Assembly: GCA_003971905.1 (NCBI GenBank)
Contig: RSEE01000008.1
Coordinates: 868,001-932,000, forward strand
Length of the DNA: 64,000 nt
DNA from: Moniliella sp. 'wahieum'
Taxonomy: Eukaryota
Direction of reading: 5' to 3'
Shown: positions 38,829 through 53,258 of the stretch, piece after piece
Position numbering within the stretch: the stretch's first letter is position 1
Layout of the letters: each line of letters opens with the position of its first letter
Notes under the pieces: model-generated
Databases searched by the model: none
Seen by the model: the letters and a program-made list of their open reading frames with translations, nothing else
Told to the model about the DNA's origin: nothing
Position numbers and translations under genes: made by a program

Positions 38829-40259
38829 ATGTCCAGTTCTTCCAGCGTCGTTGGCGTCCACTACAAGGTCGGCCGCAAGATTGGCGAGGGCTCCTTTGGA
38901 GTTATCTTCGAGGGCACCAATCTACTCAACAGTCAGACCGTGGCTATCAAATTTGAGCCGCGCAAGAGCAATGCACCCCAGCTGCGCGACGAGTACCGCT
39001 CTTACAAAATTCTCAGTGCATGTTTTGGCATCCCCCAGGTCTACTACTTTGGCCAAGAGGGGCTGCACAACATCCTCATCATTGATCTTCTCGGGCCCTC
39101 ACTCGAGGACCTGTTTGACCTATGTGGCCGCAGGTTTTCCATCAAGACTGTGTGCATGACCGCCAAGCAGATGATCACGCGCCTCCAGAGCGTTCACGAG
39201 AAGAACCTCATCTACCGCGACATCAAGCCTGACAACTTTCTCATTGGACGGCCCCACACCAAGGCAGCCAACGTGATCCACGTCGTCGATTTTGGTATGG
39301 CCAAGCTGTATCGCGACCCCAAGACCAAGCAGCACATTCCTTATCGTGAGCGCAAATCGTTGTCTGGCACGGCACGATACATGTCTATCAACACTCACCT
39401 CGGGCGGCGAGCAGTCCCGCAGAGATGATCTCGAATCGCTCGGGCACGTGTTTATGTACTTTCTCCGTGGCTCCCTCCCCTGGCAGGGGCTCAAGGCCGC
39501 CACCAACAAGCAAAAGTATGAAAAGATTGGGGAGTGCAAACAGTCCACCCCGGTGGCCACGCTATGCGAGGGCTTTCCTGAGGGATTCGCAATTTACCTC
39601 AACTATGTGCGTAAACTTGGCTTTGAAGAGGAGCCTGACTACGACTTTCTTCGTGACTTGATGGACAATGTACTCAAGTCTCGGGGTGAAGAGGAGGACG
39701 AGAAGTATGATTGGAACCTACTCCATGATGGCCAAGGGTGGGAAGCATCTCTCCAAATGCAGCATCGCGAACGTGAGCGCGAACGCGAGCGCCGGGCCGA
39801 AGAGCGGGAACGCCGCCGTCGACAGCAACACCAACAAGTCACACCGTCAAATGCGGCGCAAGTTGGGCCACTCACAGCCGCCCAAGGCGCACCAGCGATT
39901 GGGCGAGGTGCGTCGCAACACCACCCTGCCTTGGCTGGGGGTGTGGCGACCCCCGTCTCGGGTGGAAACAGGGCGCTCTCGCCCGCCGGGTTTGGGCTTG
40001 GACTCGGGGCCGGTGGAACCGTCCGAGTCAAAAATGGCGGTTCAGGGGGCCGGTACGCAAGCAGGGACTCCGTTTGGTACAGTCGGTGCCCATGCGGGCG
40101 AAACATCGGCTGTGGCTGCCCCCGCGGCCGGGGGGTGAGCTGCGGCATCGCCCAAAGAAAGTCCCTTCGCCTGCCAAGCCTGTTAACCTCCCCACTCACG
40201 CCTCCAGCAGGAGACAAAGCAACACCTTCCTTCATATCTTGACGTGTGGCTGTGTTTAA
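38829..40259 (+). CDS. casein kinase I, Yck/Cki (membrane-anchored) type
   Basis: [69 protein letters not shown] and EQSRRDDLE. The C-terminus in a shifted frame ends TCGCV*. Confidence 0.95.
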
Positions 40260-40878
40260 AGGAGCACCCATTTCATCCATGTTCGTTCATGTCCTGCATC
40301 CGATTCAACCCTCAGCATACCACGCCTCGTTTCCTCCCGGGCTACATCTCCTGCCACATGCCCCTCATTTGCGAACCACTTTTCTTGGCTGTGCTCACAA
40401 TTTGTGCCCCTCTTTGCTGCCGGCTTTTTGTTCCGTTCTGATACTTGCACACCTGCTCTTACTGCAACCGTGATCATCACGGGCGTCGCCCGCATGAGTT
40501 TTGCGATGATACTAGGAATGCGTAGGGTTTTGGCGGTATATTAACGACGGAGAGCATTGCAATTGCGATGGATGTGGACAAGTGGCATACTGCCACCAGA
40601 TGCTTGCTAAGCCAAAGTGGGGCGAGATGCAGGCCCTGCCTAACCCTGTAGGATACGAGTGGGACGGGGGCCGAGAGAGGCGGGTGTTTCCTGCTTCTCC
40701 CGGGGGCTGCGGCCAGCAAGGATTAATGATTTGGACGCAGTGGACGGGATGCGATCGCACGTGCATAATTGATGGGCGGGTGACTGGAGCGTGGGTTGGC
40801 ATTTGCTGCTGCGTCTCCAAATGGGGCTTCGCCTGCCGGCGCTGCGCTCTGCTCCGCCGCTCCTCGCAACGCCTGCGG

Positions 40879-43800
40879 ATGGCCAGCCCCGCGTCTCTGC
40901 CCGGCGTGCTGCCGCCTCCCCCCGCCGGGGCGCTGGCCGGCTCTGGCCTGGGCCCAGGCCCCGCCGCCGCGCCTATGTCCCTCGCGCGGCTCGTGCACCA
41001 GCTCGCCTGCTTCGTCCACTGGGAGGAGCAGCGTGCGGCTGCGCTCGCCCACCCGACACCCGCCCCCGCCCCCGCTCCGCCCGGCCGCCCGCCGCCGCCC
41101 GCGTGCCCGCCGCGCTCCCGCCCTGCCTCCTCCGCCACGCCCACCCATCCCACGCCCCCCCACAATGCTCCGCCGCTCCCTTCCCCGGCGCCCACCGCAC
41201 GCCACCCCCAGCCGAAGGACCCGCTTGACCCGCCGCCCCTTGCTGCCGACGCCCATCTCCTGGCCCAGGCGGACGACCTGATGAAGCGTCTTTGGGACCA
41301 GCGCTGGACCTCCGCCCAGCACACTGCCCTTCTCACCGCCAGCAGCTCCGCTGGCGTGCCTGACCCTTCTCCCTCCACCCCGACTCCCAGGAGTGGTCGC
41401 GCCACCCCCATCAGCCCCTTTGCCCTTTCCCCCTCGGCCACCGACGATCCCTCTGCCCCCCGCTGTAGGAAAGCGTCGAACGGCACGCCCCATCTCCCTC
41501 GCCGGTTTCTCCCGACAGCGTGCCTCGTCTCTCTCGCAATCGTTGGACGCATATATGCATGCAGAAGAGGATGCCGCGCCCCGCAGTCCATCTCCCGGCG
41601 GTCACGTTGATCTGGGGGAGGGCGAGCTCTGCTCGAAGGCCATCGCTATCCCGGCACCCCACCCACCCTGATGCCGATTCCATCCCAAATGTTGGGTGGC
41701 GAATCGCCCACGACAGTGATGCGTGACTTGGAGTTGGCATACGTCCCTACCGATGGAGAGGATGAGGAACATTCGCCTCTTCCCAAGCTGTCGGCGGAGG
41801 AGGAGCTGCGTCTGCTAAAGGCTCAGGTGCAGGACATTGCTCGGGTTTGTAAGGTAAATTCATCGTCCCCTTTTCGGTGCGAGGCCTATGACTGAACCCC
41901 CCTTGTCGTTTGCAGGCAGTGGCGTTTGGCGACTTATCCCAGTACGTGACGGTACCGACGCGTGGACTAGTGATGCAAGACCTCAAGGAGATTATCAACC
42001 AGATGGTCAAGACCCTCTCTGAGTTTACGGCAGACGTGACTCGGGTGAGCCTCGAAGTGGGCACACAAGGCAAGCTCGGTGGGCAAGTCAAAGCCGAAGG
42101 TGTCGAGGGCCGCTGGAAAGAACTTAAGGACGTCGTCAACAATCTGGCCATGAACTTGACAAACCAAGTACGTGGCGTGGGCATGTGTACCAAGGCGGTC
42201 GCTCGCGGCGACCTGAGTCGCAAAATCGAGGTTCAAGCCGAGGGTGAGATGCGCGATTTGATCGATAATGAACACGATGGTGGACCAGCTACGGGACTTT
42301 GCCAACGAAGTGACCCGCGTCTCAAGGGAGGTGGGGTCGATGGGCCAGCTGGGAGGCCAAGCTAGCGTCCCAGGCGTCGAAGGCGTGTGGGAGGAATTGA
42401 CCATCAACGTGAACCGCATGTGCTCCAACCTGACGGAACAAGTCCGGTCCATCTCCATGGTCACTACCGCTGTAGCCAAAGGCAACTTAACCAAGACGAT
42501 TGACATTGAGGCTGAAGGAGAGATGGCACAGTTGAAGGATACGGAAACTCCATGGTCGCCCGCTTGCGGGTATTTGCGTCTGAGGTGGTGCGCATGTCGA
42601 TGGAGGTGGGTACGTACGGCAAGCTCGGCGGACAAGCTCATGTACCCAACGTCGAGGGCACATGGAAGGACTTGACCGACAATGTAAATCGGATGGCAGA
42701 CAATTTGACCTCCCAAGTACGCGAAATTGCTCGGGTGACCAAGAATGTCGAAGAGGGCGTCTTAACTGAGTTTATCAATGTGGACGCCAAGGGCGAGATC
42801 CTGGATCTCAAGATCACTGTCAACAACATGGTCAAGCAACTCAAAACCTTGTCCGATGAGATCATCCGTGTCTCCGTCGAAGTGGGAACTGAGGGACGAC
42901 TCGGTGGGCAAGCCAATGTTCGAGGTGTCAAGGGCCAGTGGCAGGTACTCACTGACCGGGTCAACATGATGGCTGCCAACCTAACGACCCAAGTACGCTC
43001 AATTGCTGCCGTCACCACGGCTGTCGCTCGTGGTGACCTGGGGCAAACTATCAATGTTGAGGTGCGCGGTGAGCTGCTTGACCTCAAGTTGACCGTCAAT
43101 GAGATGGTCAAGTTCCTCCGCACCTTCTCCACTGAGGTGACTCGAGTCGCCCGAGAGGTGGGTACTGAGGGCAAGCTCGGGGGTAAGGCTGTCGTACTCG
43201 GCATTGAGGGGACGTGGAAAGACCTGACAGAGTCGGTGAATACGATGGCGGGCAACCTCACTCTGCAAGTGCGCACAATTGCGCATGCCACGACGGCGGT
43301 GGCCAACGGCGATCTCAGTCAGAAGGTTACTATTGCTGTCGGGGTGAAATGCTGGATTTGGTCAACACGATCAACAACATGATTGACCAGCTCTCCTTCT
43401 TTGCCTCAGAGGTCACCCGCGTCGCCCGCGAGGTTGGCACTGAGGGAAAGCTGGGTGTGCAGGCTGAAGCCAAAGACGTCAAGGGCAAATGGGCGGAGAT
43501 TACAGACAATGTCAACATTATGGCCAACAACCTCACTTCGCAGGTGCGCGCCTTTGCTCAATTACTGCGGCCGCTACCGATGGAGACTTTACTCGTTTTG
43601 TCACCGTCGAGGCGAATGGCGAGATGGACTCGCTAAAGACCAAATTAATCAGATGGTCTTTAGTTTGCGTGACTCTATCCAGAAAACACGGCGGCCAGGG
43701 AGGCGGCCGAACTGGCAAACCGATCCAATCCGAGTTCTTGGCCAATATGTCGCACGAAATCCGGACCCCGATGAACGGCATCATGGTCTTACCACCCTTA

Positions 43801-45291
43801 CTCTTGAGTCAGAGCTCAGTCGCGGCCAGAGGGAGAACTTGGTTACCGTTTCGACACTTGCGGGCGGTCTGCTCGCTATCATTGACGACATTCTTGACAT
43901 TTCCAAGATCGAAGCTGGGAGGATGACGGTGGAGGAGGTCCCGTTCAGTTTGCGGACTATCGTGCTGGGTGTGTTAAAGACTCTCTCTGTCCGAGCCACA
44001 CAAAGAAGTTGCGTTTACTTTACGAAAGTAACGCGTGACTGCCCCGAACCGCTCGTGGGCGATGCGCTTCGCCTCAAACAGATTATCACCAACTTGATTG
44101 GCAATGCGGTCAAGTTCACCGAATCAGGGGGGCGCGTCTCTCTCACATGCAAGGTTGCTCGGCAGATTTCGGAAAATGAGGTGATGTTGGAGTTTTGCGC
44201 ATCCGACTCGGGGATCGGGATCAAGCCAGAGAAGCTGGATCTCATCTTTGACACGTTTAGCCAAGCGGACGGGTCGACAACGCGTAAGTATGGCGGCACA
44301 GGCCTAGGACTCAGCATTTCTCGCCGCTTGGTTAAGCTCATGGGTGGGGATCTGTGGGTGCAGAGCGACTACGGTAAGGGGTCCGAGTTTTCTTCACAAT
44401 GGTGGTGCGAATCGACAAGTTGTCGCAAGAGACAGGTACTGGACAAAGTCCGTCCCTACATGGGCCGCAACATCTTCTTCCTCGACACGCTCCATGATAA
44501 GACGGGGATTGTGGACATGCTACGACAGCTCAAGCTGAACCCGATCCATTGTCACTCGGTCGAGGAAGCGCTTGTGCTTACCCGTCAACATCGTCTTCCT
44601 CATTGATTCAATCATCGTCGACTCGATTGAAGCGGTGGGCGATTTGCGTTTGGTCGAAACACTGCATTACATCCCCATCAACTTGATCACGCCCTACGAA
44701 ATCACACTCAGCCTCACGTTCTGTCTCGATCATGGGATTTCAAGCTACATCACTACCCCCGCCTCATTGGTGGACATTATGTACACCTCCTCCCCTCACT
44801 GGAGAGTGCGGCGGCTGTTCTGTCGGAGGGAACAACCGAAGTAACTTATGACATTCTCCTGGCAAGACATCAAGTGAACCAGAAGCTGGCGGTCAAGATG
44901 CTCAGCAATCAGGGCCACCGCATCGACGTGGTGCCCAATGGGGCAGAGGCGGTGGATGCGATTAAGCTAAAGGCGTACGATGTGATTTCATGGACGTGTC
45001 GATGCCCATCATGGGGGGGATTGAAGCAACAATGGCGATTCGCGCTTGGGAGAAGAGCGAGGGGATCGAAGAGACGGCGGTGCCAATCATTGCTTTGACC
45101 GCACATGCCATGTTGGGGGACAAGGACGCCTCCAAGCTGGGATGAATGCCTATGTTTCCAAGCCCATCCGTACCGAGCTGCTCAGTGCGCTTCACAATCT
45201 TCTTCCTCCGGCCAAAGTATTTGCCCGCCATGCAAACCATGCGGCGCTGAGCCCTGGGGACAAGTTGGCGCTCACTGCAAAGGGCCGGTGA
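40879..45291 (+). CDS. NIK1: group III hybrid histidine kinase (Nik1/Os-1/Tco1-like, poly-HAMP)
   Basis: Repeated HAMP units ([32 protein letters not shown]), H-box [44 protein letters not shown] and a C-terminal receiver (VNQKLA...MDV.MP.M...ALTAHAM). Intron 41854-41916. Many frameshifts. Confidence 0.93.
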
Positions 45292-45712
45292 CGATGCGAA
45301 GGCTTATAAGGACGCTCAGACCATGCAGTGCCCTGAGCTCATTACCATTTCCTTTCTCACTTCTCATCCTACCCTTATTAGCGTTTCTTCATGTATCAGC
45401 GGGCTCGGCGCGGCCTTTTGTAGGCTTATAACCATCCCTGTCTGATCCGATCTCGCCCCTCACCAGCACCCGTACGATTATGTCTGGAGGGCAACTCCAC
45501 CAGGGCCTCCTTCTCGCGGCACCTTTCCCGTACGTGCTACGAAAAGCACTATGCTTCAATGTTATGAGCAGCCCTTTCATATCGACGAGAGTACCTAGCA
45601 GAGAAGTAAAGAAAAAGGATAGATAGGATCAATAAGTGGAAGTGGTGAGCGATTGTAGAGCGATGAAGCTTGAAGATGCACCGCCTCTGGCATTTTGCTC
45701 CTGCTGCCGTCT

Positions 45713-45814
45713 GTCGGGTTAGCTCAGATGGGAGAGCGTGAGATTGAAGTTACTCTTCAGTACCATATCCATTTGGATTCCTCAAGGTCCCCGGTTCGAT
45801 CCCGGGACACGACA
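45713..45814 (+). tRNA. tRNA-Phe (GAA) with intron
   Basis: TAGCTCAGATGGGAGAGC, anticodon TT-GAA-G, T arm CCCGGTTCGATCCCGGG, acceptor GTCGGGT/ACACGAC (one mismatch) and a T-run terminator. Confidence 0.85.
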
Positions 45815-45931
45815 TCTTTTTCATAAACACTACTGTTCCTCTTCTCTCTTGGCCCCTCTACGTCCCAATGGATACCAAACTACTCTTATTTACTCCAACG
45901 CCGGTCGCACTGTTCACAAATCCGCCATCGA

Positions 45932-48624
45932 TCACCCTGCTATGCCTCCCGCTTTGGTCTTGGCTCCAGCTTTGGCTGCAGCGGCGGCCGCCAAGGCACG
46001 CTGGGCCTCTTCGTAGTGGCGCAGATTGGTGCCGGTGAAGAAGCCATTAAAGTCGAGCCGGGCCGCGAGTTGGGTGAAATGTTGCCGTGCAGTCGCGCCC
46101 ATCTCGGACTTGGGTTGTTCCGCACGCCCAATCCCTCCCGTCGCAGGCAGCGGCTCGCGTGCCCCGGGTCCTTCAATGACAAACTCGAAAAAGTCCCGCA
46201 GCTGTTCTCGCACAACCACCAGCGCCAGCATGGTCTGGTACCGCTCCTTGAGCAGCATGACTCCTCTGCACTAGCCCGATCATCGCCCACCGAACCTTCA
46301 CTAAGCAAGTCCGGTAACACATCGCCCCCCCACCGCTCGATCAAGCCAGCGAAGCGATCGCAGTTGCCCACCACCGCCATGACCAGTTTGGACAGGGGTG
46401 GAAAGGAAAGAAGTAACCCGTCCTGCACGTATGAGAGAAAAGTGCGATGCAAAGTGCGTACATCCGCAAAATCCAGTCGAGAAGGTGGTTCCCTTGCCCC
46501 GCCCCAGGCTTGAGAGGGAGCCACGCTCCGTGCCCCAAAAGAAGGGCGTACCTTGCGTGGAGAGAAGCTCGGCCCCAACGTACTGGGTGGGCGCAATTCA
46601 GGTCCGGGGGTACTCTGAGCCCGAGTCCGTATCTCCTCCAATCCGTGGGGAGGGCGCCCTCCTAACCTTGACGGGAAGGGAAGCAGTGCTTGAGTATGTT
46701 TACCAAGTTTGGTTGGGGAAGACAGGTGACGCACATTCCGCCCAGACAGGCCACTAGTTACACGGGATGGAGAGGCCGGGGGAGTGGAAGCATTGCTAAG
46801 CCGCTTGTCCCGTTTATCTTGTCTTTCCTCGTGGGCTTGATACAGTTGGTTCAGCAGAGTGTGGTACTGTACTTCAATCACATCCGTCTACCCTGCAGTT
46901 AGTTGGGATCTAGTTGCCCCAAAAGGACGTACCTGGAAATGCCCGAGCAGCGTATCCAAAAACCAAATCAAGTCTCGAGCCAGGCACCAAGTTAACGGAG
47001 CAAGTCAGAACGGTGCTTAACCTCTTTGGGGTTGACGCCGCCCTCGCCAACGCCGGTGAACTTGCGCCGCACTCGTTGGCTGTTGGAGAGGGAAGTCCAG
47101 CACCCACAACACGGCGGTGAGTATGACATAAAGCAAATAAGTAAGAAGAAAAAGTCGCATACCGCCCCACTTCGGCAGGGGACAGGAATAAGTCCAAGGG
47201 AAACTCGGCCGTATAGCTTAATTGCCACCCTGGCACTCCCGCATGGAGGGAAAATGATTCTCCATCATCTCCGAGGGGAACAGGACGCCAATGCAGCCGT
47301 TCCATCGATGGTTGCTCCATCTCCCCTACTGTTCGATGCAGGGCTTGTTCGAGGTCGGCTTCGTGGAGAGCGGCAGAAAACGCGGTCCGAGCATACGCTT
47401 TCTCTTTTTTCGTCCGCTCCAGCTCCGAGAGGAGAGAGCAGGCAAAACCGCCATTCCTTAGAAGAAAGAACTGACCCAAGTCTTCTAGCGCCGATACGAC
47501 CGCATCGTTCGTCAATACGGTGCGCCAAAGCCACTCTCCCACCTCTTGTTGCAGGTCGAGCAAAGTTTGGGAAAACATGAGAGGGTGGCTAGGGCGTGCA
47601 TCCGGTCGACGTAATCGTGCTGCATGAACGGTGATGAGGGTTTGGGGTATAGGACCAGCCTCGGCCTGGCCCCGGTCCAGGGCAAAAAACTTGACCCGAT
47701 GCAAGGCTCGGCCAATATAGAGGATGGTGTCAGCGAGGGGGGGAGGGATGGAGTGAGGAAAAGCATAAGGTCGTAACCCCCAATCAGAACCCACTTGCTC
47801 CACCAGAGCATCGCGACCAGATGAAACCAGGCGTGATCCCATGGACACCGGGCTTCCACTGACTGTACCCTGGCACACCCAGTCGATCAGGATCTCCATC
47901 CAGCTATGCTCCACCGCCGCGCGCACTGAGGCCATGAGGTCCGCCACTTGGGCAATCCCTGTATCCACCGCATGGGTCAGGAGGTCAATCAACAACCCAC
48001 CCGTCCATCCCTCCAGACCTGTGGGGAGCGTCTCCACGTCCACCTTATCGGGCAAACCAAGGAGGTTGTAGCTCGCCCTTGGACCCAGGAGCAAGGCGCG
48101 TACCAGTCGTCGAAGTGCGACGCAACGAGGATACCAGTCAGCCAATTCGGCACGGACTGACAAGAGGGAGACAAAGGAATGGGATGCAACAAAATCTGGG
48201 TCGCGCTCCAATATACCCTGCTCGATGGCCACGAGCGTTTTTGGTAATCATCCAGCGCGTGCAGCAAAGCCGCACAGAGCGGGGCGAGGTGGGCAGTAAC
48301 ACACTCATCTCCGCGCGAGGCACGGAAGGCGACATGGCGAAGAAGCTGGGTACGGGAACGATCCATCATTACTTGGGCGAAACGACGGACAATCCGGACG
48401 CTCCAGCCGAGTTCGGCTAGACTCTGGAGCTGCGCTCGCTCTCCCGCTTGCAGAGAAACCTCGGCGGGGACGCGCACTGAGGCATCGAGAGCGGCAAGCA
48501 GCTCGGACTCGCTGGCAAGGGTGGCCACATCATTCCCCTCTTGGATCGGGCTGCCATCAGGTGCATAGGCGGCCACAAGCGACGACGGATGACCGCCCAG
48601 GATGAGAAGCACCTCGGACAACAT
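45932..48624 (-). CDS. gamma-tubulin ring complex component, GCP4-like (Spc97/Spc98 family)
   Basis: Start MLSEVLLILGGHPS, ILYIGRAL, FFLLRNGGFA, LSYTAEFPLDLFL, LHRTFL and QLAARLDFNGFF. Frameshifted. Confidence 0.85.
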
Positions 48625-49250
48625 CCCCAGGCGCGTCCGGCTCGTTGCTGGCCAAGAGCGCGCCTACATATTAAGTACACGAAACAGCACCCGCATTTCG
48701 CGCGCCCGGCACTGCTGACGTAATCCGGTATTTCACCTCGCTTCGTCCATGCATGTCGATGCTGTATAGATACACGCTGCGGAGGCTGGCTCCCCCCGTC
48801 ATTCCGACCTCGCATCCTTTCTTCAACCGCAGGCTCGAGTCACTTTGCGGCCAGGGGTGGATGTTGGTATGGTTATGCACTCAAGATAATTGATGGTTGG
48901 AAGACCTGGTCCACCCTTCCGATCATGGTGCCTCGGTGTGTGTTATATCAGCCGCAAGCTCATCTTTTGTCGGTAAAGAAACTGCCCCTCATGCCCTCTC
49001 CAGCTTCAAGTACTTGGACGCCCTTGCCCGAATGGCGAAGACAGATTCGTACATTCACGGTTCATGTCTCCCATCACCACTTCTAGCGTGTCTGTCTACG
49101 TCCAAAGATGATCTCACCAAGCCAGAGGCCGGCGCTCCTCGCAGCCACAAGCCAAGGCTTAATCAAGGCGATCGCCAAGTTTGCTCTATATGTCAGTTCC
49201 TTGTCGCGAGCGACGTTTCCCCAGCGGCAATGCTTAGCCAAAACGATCAG

Positions 49251-49761
49251 TTAGCTTTGCTGGGATGAGTTTCCGGTACGAGCATAGTACTCCTGGCGCA
49301 GTTCATCTTTCCACTTGTGGATCTCATCCTCAGTAGGGATGATCCCCCTTTTCCCCAGCTCGGAGCGGGCAACAGCCCTCATGCGGGCATCAAAGTCCCT
49401 CTCCTCCGATTCGTGCTGCAGCAGGGCTTTGTCTGCGGAGAGGGTGAACCAGGCCATGGCCACTTATGGGATAAAGTCAGCCAATAGAGTTTCCACAGCC
49501 CACCCCACATCCGCGCATATCCTCGCATCCCAGTTGCGAGCGGGACATACCCGAGGCAGTGATAAAGACTTTGACCTGGAACCTCTGGCGACCAAAGGCA
49601 GGGTAAGCAATGCCGCCAAAGTAACATCCGAGGCCGCCTAGGAGTGTGCCATAGAGCAGACCCTTGATTCCAGCAAGAGACTGCACCAGCGATGCATGCT
49701 CCGTCTCATCTCGGCGCCAAAATCTCCGGCGCTGTTCGAGAGGAAGCCCGGGATCGCTCAT
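49251..49761 (-). CDS. small mitochondrial inner-membrane protein, Rcf3/HIG1-like
   Basis: Two hydrophobic segments (AGIKGLLYGTLLGGLG; KVFITAS/..MAWFTLSADKALLQHE). One intron at about 49470-49547. Confidence 0.6.
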
Positions 49762-50284
49762 GGTGGTGGCGCGATGAACAATGAATGTTGGAGTTGAGTG
49801 TTGAGTGTTGAGTGTTGGTTGAGTGGAGTGCTCGGTGTTGAGAGGTTGCACGATGGTCAAGTCGATGTCATCTTCGTCTACCAACGGCTTGAGGCTTCAT
49901 TAGAAGCGTGAAGTTCTTGAACGTTCATGCAATGTGACATATGTATATGACAGCTGATGCATGATGCATGCATGATGTCACTTGTGCATGCATGATGTCA
50001 CTTGTCAACGTTGAACGTTCAACCCGGAGCGAATTTCGGTGCAAGTGAGTACTATTGTGGGGATCTGATCCTCGTCCCACCCACTTGGCTCCCCTGCTCT
50101 CCTTACATATGGCCTGTTTCCTCTCTTTCCTACTCAAAACGTTCATTGAGAACGTGGGTGGCCCGGAAGGAGCGCCCAAATGAAGATGGGATCCCGTGTG
50201 GCCTCATGCATCCATGCCCCAACTTTATTTTTTGGCGCAGGTGAAGACGTCCTTCAATGAGATGGCCGCACTTCTGAATCATAT

Positions 50285-50364
50285 CATTGACAGAGCTTAA
50301 GGCTGGGACAGGGGGAACGCTACGTCTATTGAAACCGAACCGTTCATCTTACGGGGGTTACTTG
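50285..50364 (-). mobile_element. 80-bp 3'-terminal fragment of the RLE element, copy 3 (inverted)
   Basis: The reverse complement matches 30846-30921 with a few substitutions and an extra CAAT. Confidence 0.85.
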
Positions 50365-51899
50365 TATATACTTTTGAAGAAAAAAGAAGAAAAAGAGAAC
50401 GGGGAATAACACTGGCGGAGTAAACGAAACTGATGTTGGCGGTGGACAAGGAGGAGAGCCAAGTCTCGTTGAGCCCATAGATGTACTCACAGTCACATCA
50501 ACCTACATATTGCGCCTCATTCATGTGCTTCAAAATAAGAGCCTGCCGAGAGACGCTCCCCCACATCGCGTTGCCAGCGATGGTGTTGCGGTTTAATCCC
50601 CCCTCCCCCGCTACACACACGCCAGCCGAAGTGTAAGCGGGAAAAGTGGTGAAGGTATGTGTCACAGTCGGGGCTAAGGCGAGGGAAACCGGAATCGGAC
50701 TAGGCCAAGGGGTGTAGCAATCATTCGTGGGGAAGAAGCAAGAATAGAGGACATGGTGCGAAGTGGAAGGAACAGGGAAGGAGCGAGACGCTCAAGACGA
50801 AGAAATTGGAAATGGGAGCGAGATCAGCCAAACTATGACGACAGTATGTTGCGTATATTATCCCTGTGCTCTCCTCCACTCTTTTTCGCCTTGGGGTGAA
50901 AAGGTCATTGTCCTATGGTACTAGTTCATGCGGAAGTTGTCCTTCGCTTCTGAACTAGTATTCTTGAAGGAATGGAGAGGGAGACGTACATGGTGGGGAG
51001 AACTCTACTTACGAAGTATAAGAACTGTAGGAAGGCAGTAATAAGTCTTATAGAGGAAAAGGGGGATAGTCCTGAAAGAATGTGGGTTGGAGTGCGAGAT
51101 GAAGGGATGATGACCCACCACAGAGGCGTACGGAAAAATAAACAGCAACATCGAGGAAGGTGGGTGACGAGAGTGGCGAAGAATAGCAGGTTCCTTTGGA
51201 GGATGGGTACATGGTGAGACAGGGGAACAGGCGCACCCCCATTCCATATTTAACCATATAATGTAGGCCACTATTAAGCATGGGGACCGATATATGGTAT
51301 AACAGGGGGTGTCAGACTCGGTTCAATCCCGAGCAGCCCCGCCACCATGGTTCAGTATGAATGAGGAAAAAGCACCATGAGCAAGTACGAACACATGCGC
51401 TCATAAGATCGGGGAGGCCACGGCACAGCAGTGGTTCCGCAAGGATGGGTCAGAGTGTGAAGGGAAGCTCACAACGTTCTTGCTTTTACAGCAAATTATA
51501 TGCAAAATCTCCTCTAGTGTGCAAGGGTATATGTCCTCCGCGGAGACAGTCGCCTACTGATGTATGACGAACCAGCAAAAGAAAGAGCCGACCTCCTCTA
51601 TAGCGCCTTGTGGGTAAAGGGGTCCAAGGGCGTAGGGCTAAGAAGCTTTTCTTACCAAATTAGAGAAGTCATCCCTCTCTGCCTCACTAGGGATATACTC
51701 CACCAGTAGAGAGCCCCAGTGCGGTCGGCATGGAGAGGATGAAGTAGAAGAAATGTGGTTGATGGCATTTTGTTTAGCTGTGTGATCTCGCTCCCCCCTT
51801 TTTCGATGTATTATCTCGAGCGTCTCTTCACTCTTTTCCCCATTTGATGTTATTCAGCTTCGCTATATGTCCTCTGTTTTCTCCTTTTTTCCACACGAG

Positions 51900-52789
51900 C
51901 GATTGCTACCTTCCCTGGAGTTGTGTCTCCACTCCGGTCTCCATATCGCCTTCGCCCCCAACAGCTTGGACACAATTGGTCGCTTTTGACGGTCCAAAAT
52001 TCATTATTAGTACGGGGAGAGGGTCCTTACGTAGACATGTAAGGCCCATCACCCGCCCATTCATGCGGAATGGAACACTGTCTCCCAACATCCATGAGTG
52101 TTCGAATGCTGTATAGTGGTTGACACGTAGTGATAATGACAGAGACGCGGCTGCGCGCTCTACTGGGCATGTACAGAGGAGGCGGGCCTTAGCTCGGATC
52201 AGAACATCTTGGATCCAACGCAGCCCCCATAACAGTATGTTTGAGGCTTCACCCCAGCCCGTTCGCTGACCATAGCCACGATCGACCCCCACTGTTCTGT
52301 CATCTCGCGTCCACAACCGCTCCATGGTCTACACACTCTACCATTCCATGAAAACACAGTGATTCCAATGCATTCCAACTAGTACCGCAATACATCTCCT
52401 TCACAATTGCCAATTGCAGATACGTGGGAAGGCCCCAGACCATGAGTTGGCCGAATGAAGGTCGGTGGCCCAGCTTGGGATATTTCATACCGGGCAATAA
52501 GGCATTGAGTGAAGACGATGAGGACTAAGGAACCGATAAGAGCAACAAGCGGTGGTGCTCTCATCTGTGAATTAATGAGAGTTTTGAAGCGCGAAAAGAA
52601 GCCGGGGGAGTAAGTGACGAGAGTGGGTGGTGCGACTGAAGGTTGGTCAGCCTTGAAGAATGAGAGTTCTGTAATGGCGAGGCTGTGAGAAGGCGGAGAG
52701 GGTGACACACTGGAAGAGGGCTTGCGAGAAAAACGCCGCCTGAACCTGCAGAAACACAAAGCCTGTTGGAGAAAATAATAGAATGCCAC
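51900..52789 (-). pseudogene. degenerate or frameshifted hypothetical membrane protein
   Basis: A 136-aa ORF with one hydrophobic segment (PLVALIGSLVLIVFTQCLI) is followed by broken coding-like frames. No family recognised. Confidence 0.25.
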
Positions 52790-53258
52790 CCTGTTGTTGC
52801 ACCGTGGCTGTTGTGAATGGCACTACCCTAGTTAGGTAGATGATGGTTTTAGGCTTAGCCTGCGCGGCGCGCTCTATCCGTGGCGCCTCCGCTTGGTTCC
52901 CATTGTAAGCCGCACGTGTAGGAGACACTACTGGCGCATTCCTCTGTTCTTCTTTACCACCGCCACCTCTTCGCTCAACTCCTTACCTCATTCTCGCTCA
53001 TCTACTTCTGATAGCTCAGACCGGGCTGTCTGCCTGCCGTAGTATGTCGTTACACTGTGAACCCATTCCCCACCATGGGTATGTCTTTCCTGGCAAGCCA
53101 TATCAGGTGAAGGCAGCAAGGCAGCCACAGAAGGAGAAAGTCAGAAAAGGATGCACAGTTAACCTCTTTGGCCGCATTTTCCAACGGTTCACAAAGGATG
53201 TTGGATTTTCCGGTTTCCACAGTGCCATACGCACCATTTCTCACAGAGATAGATATGA

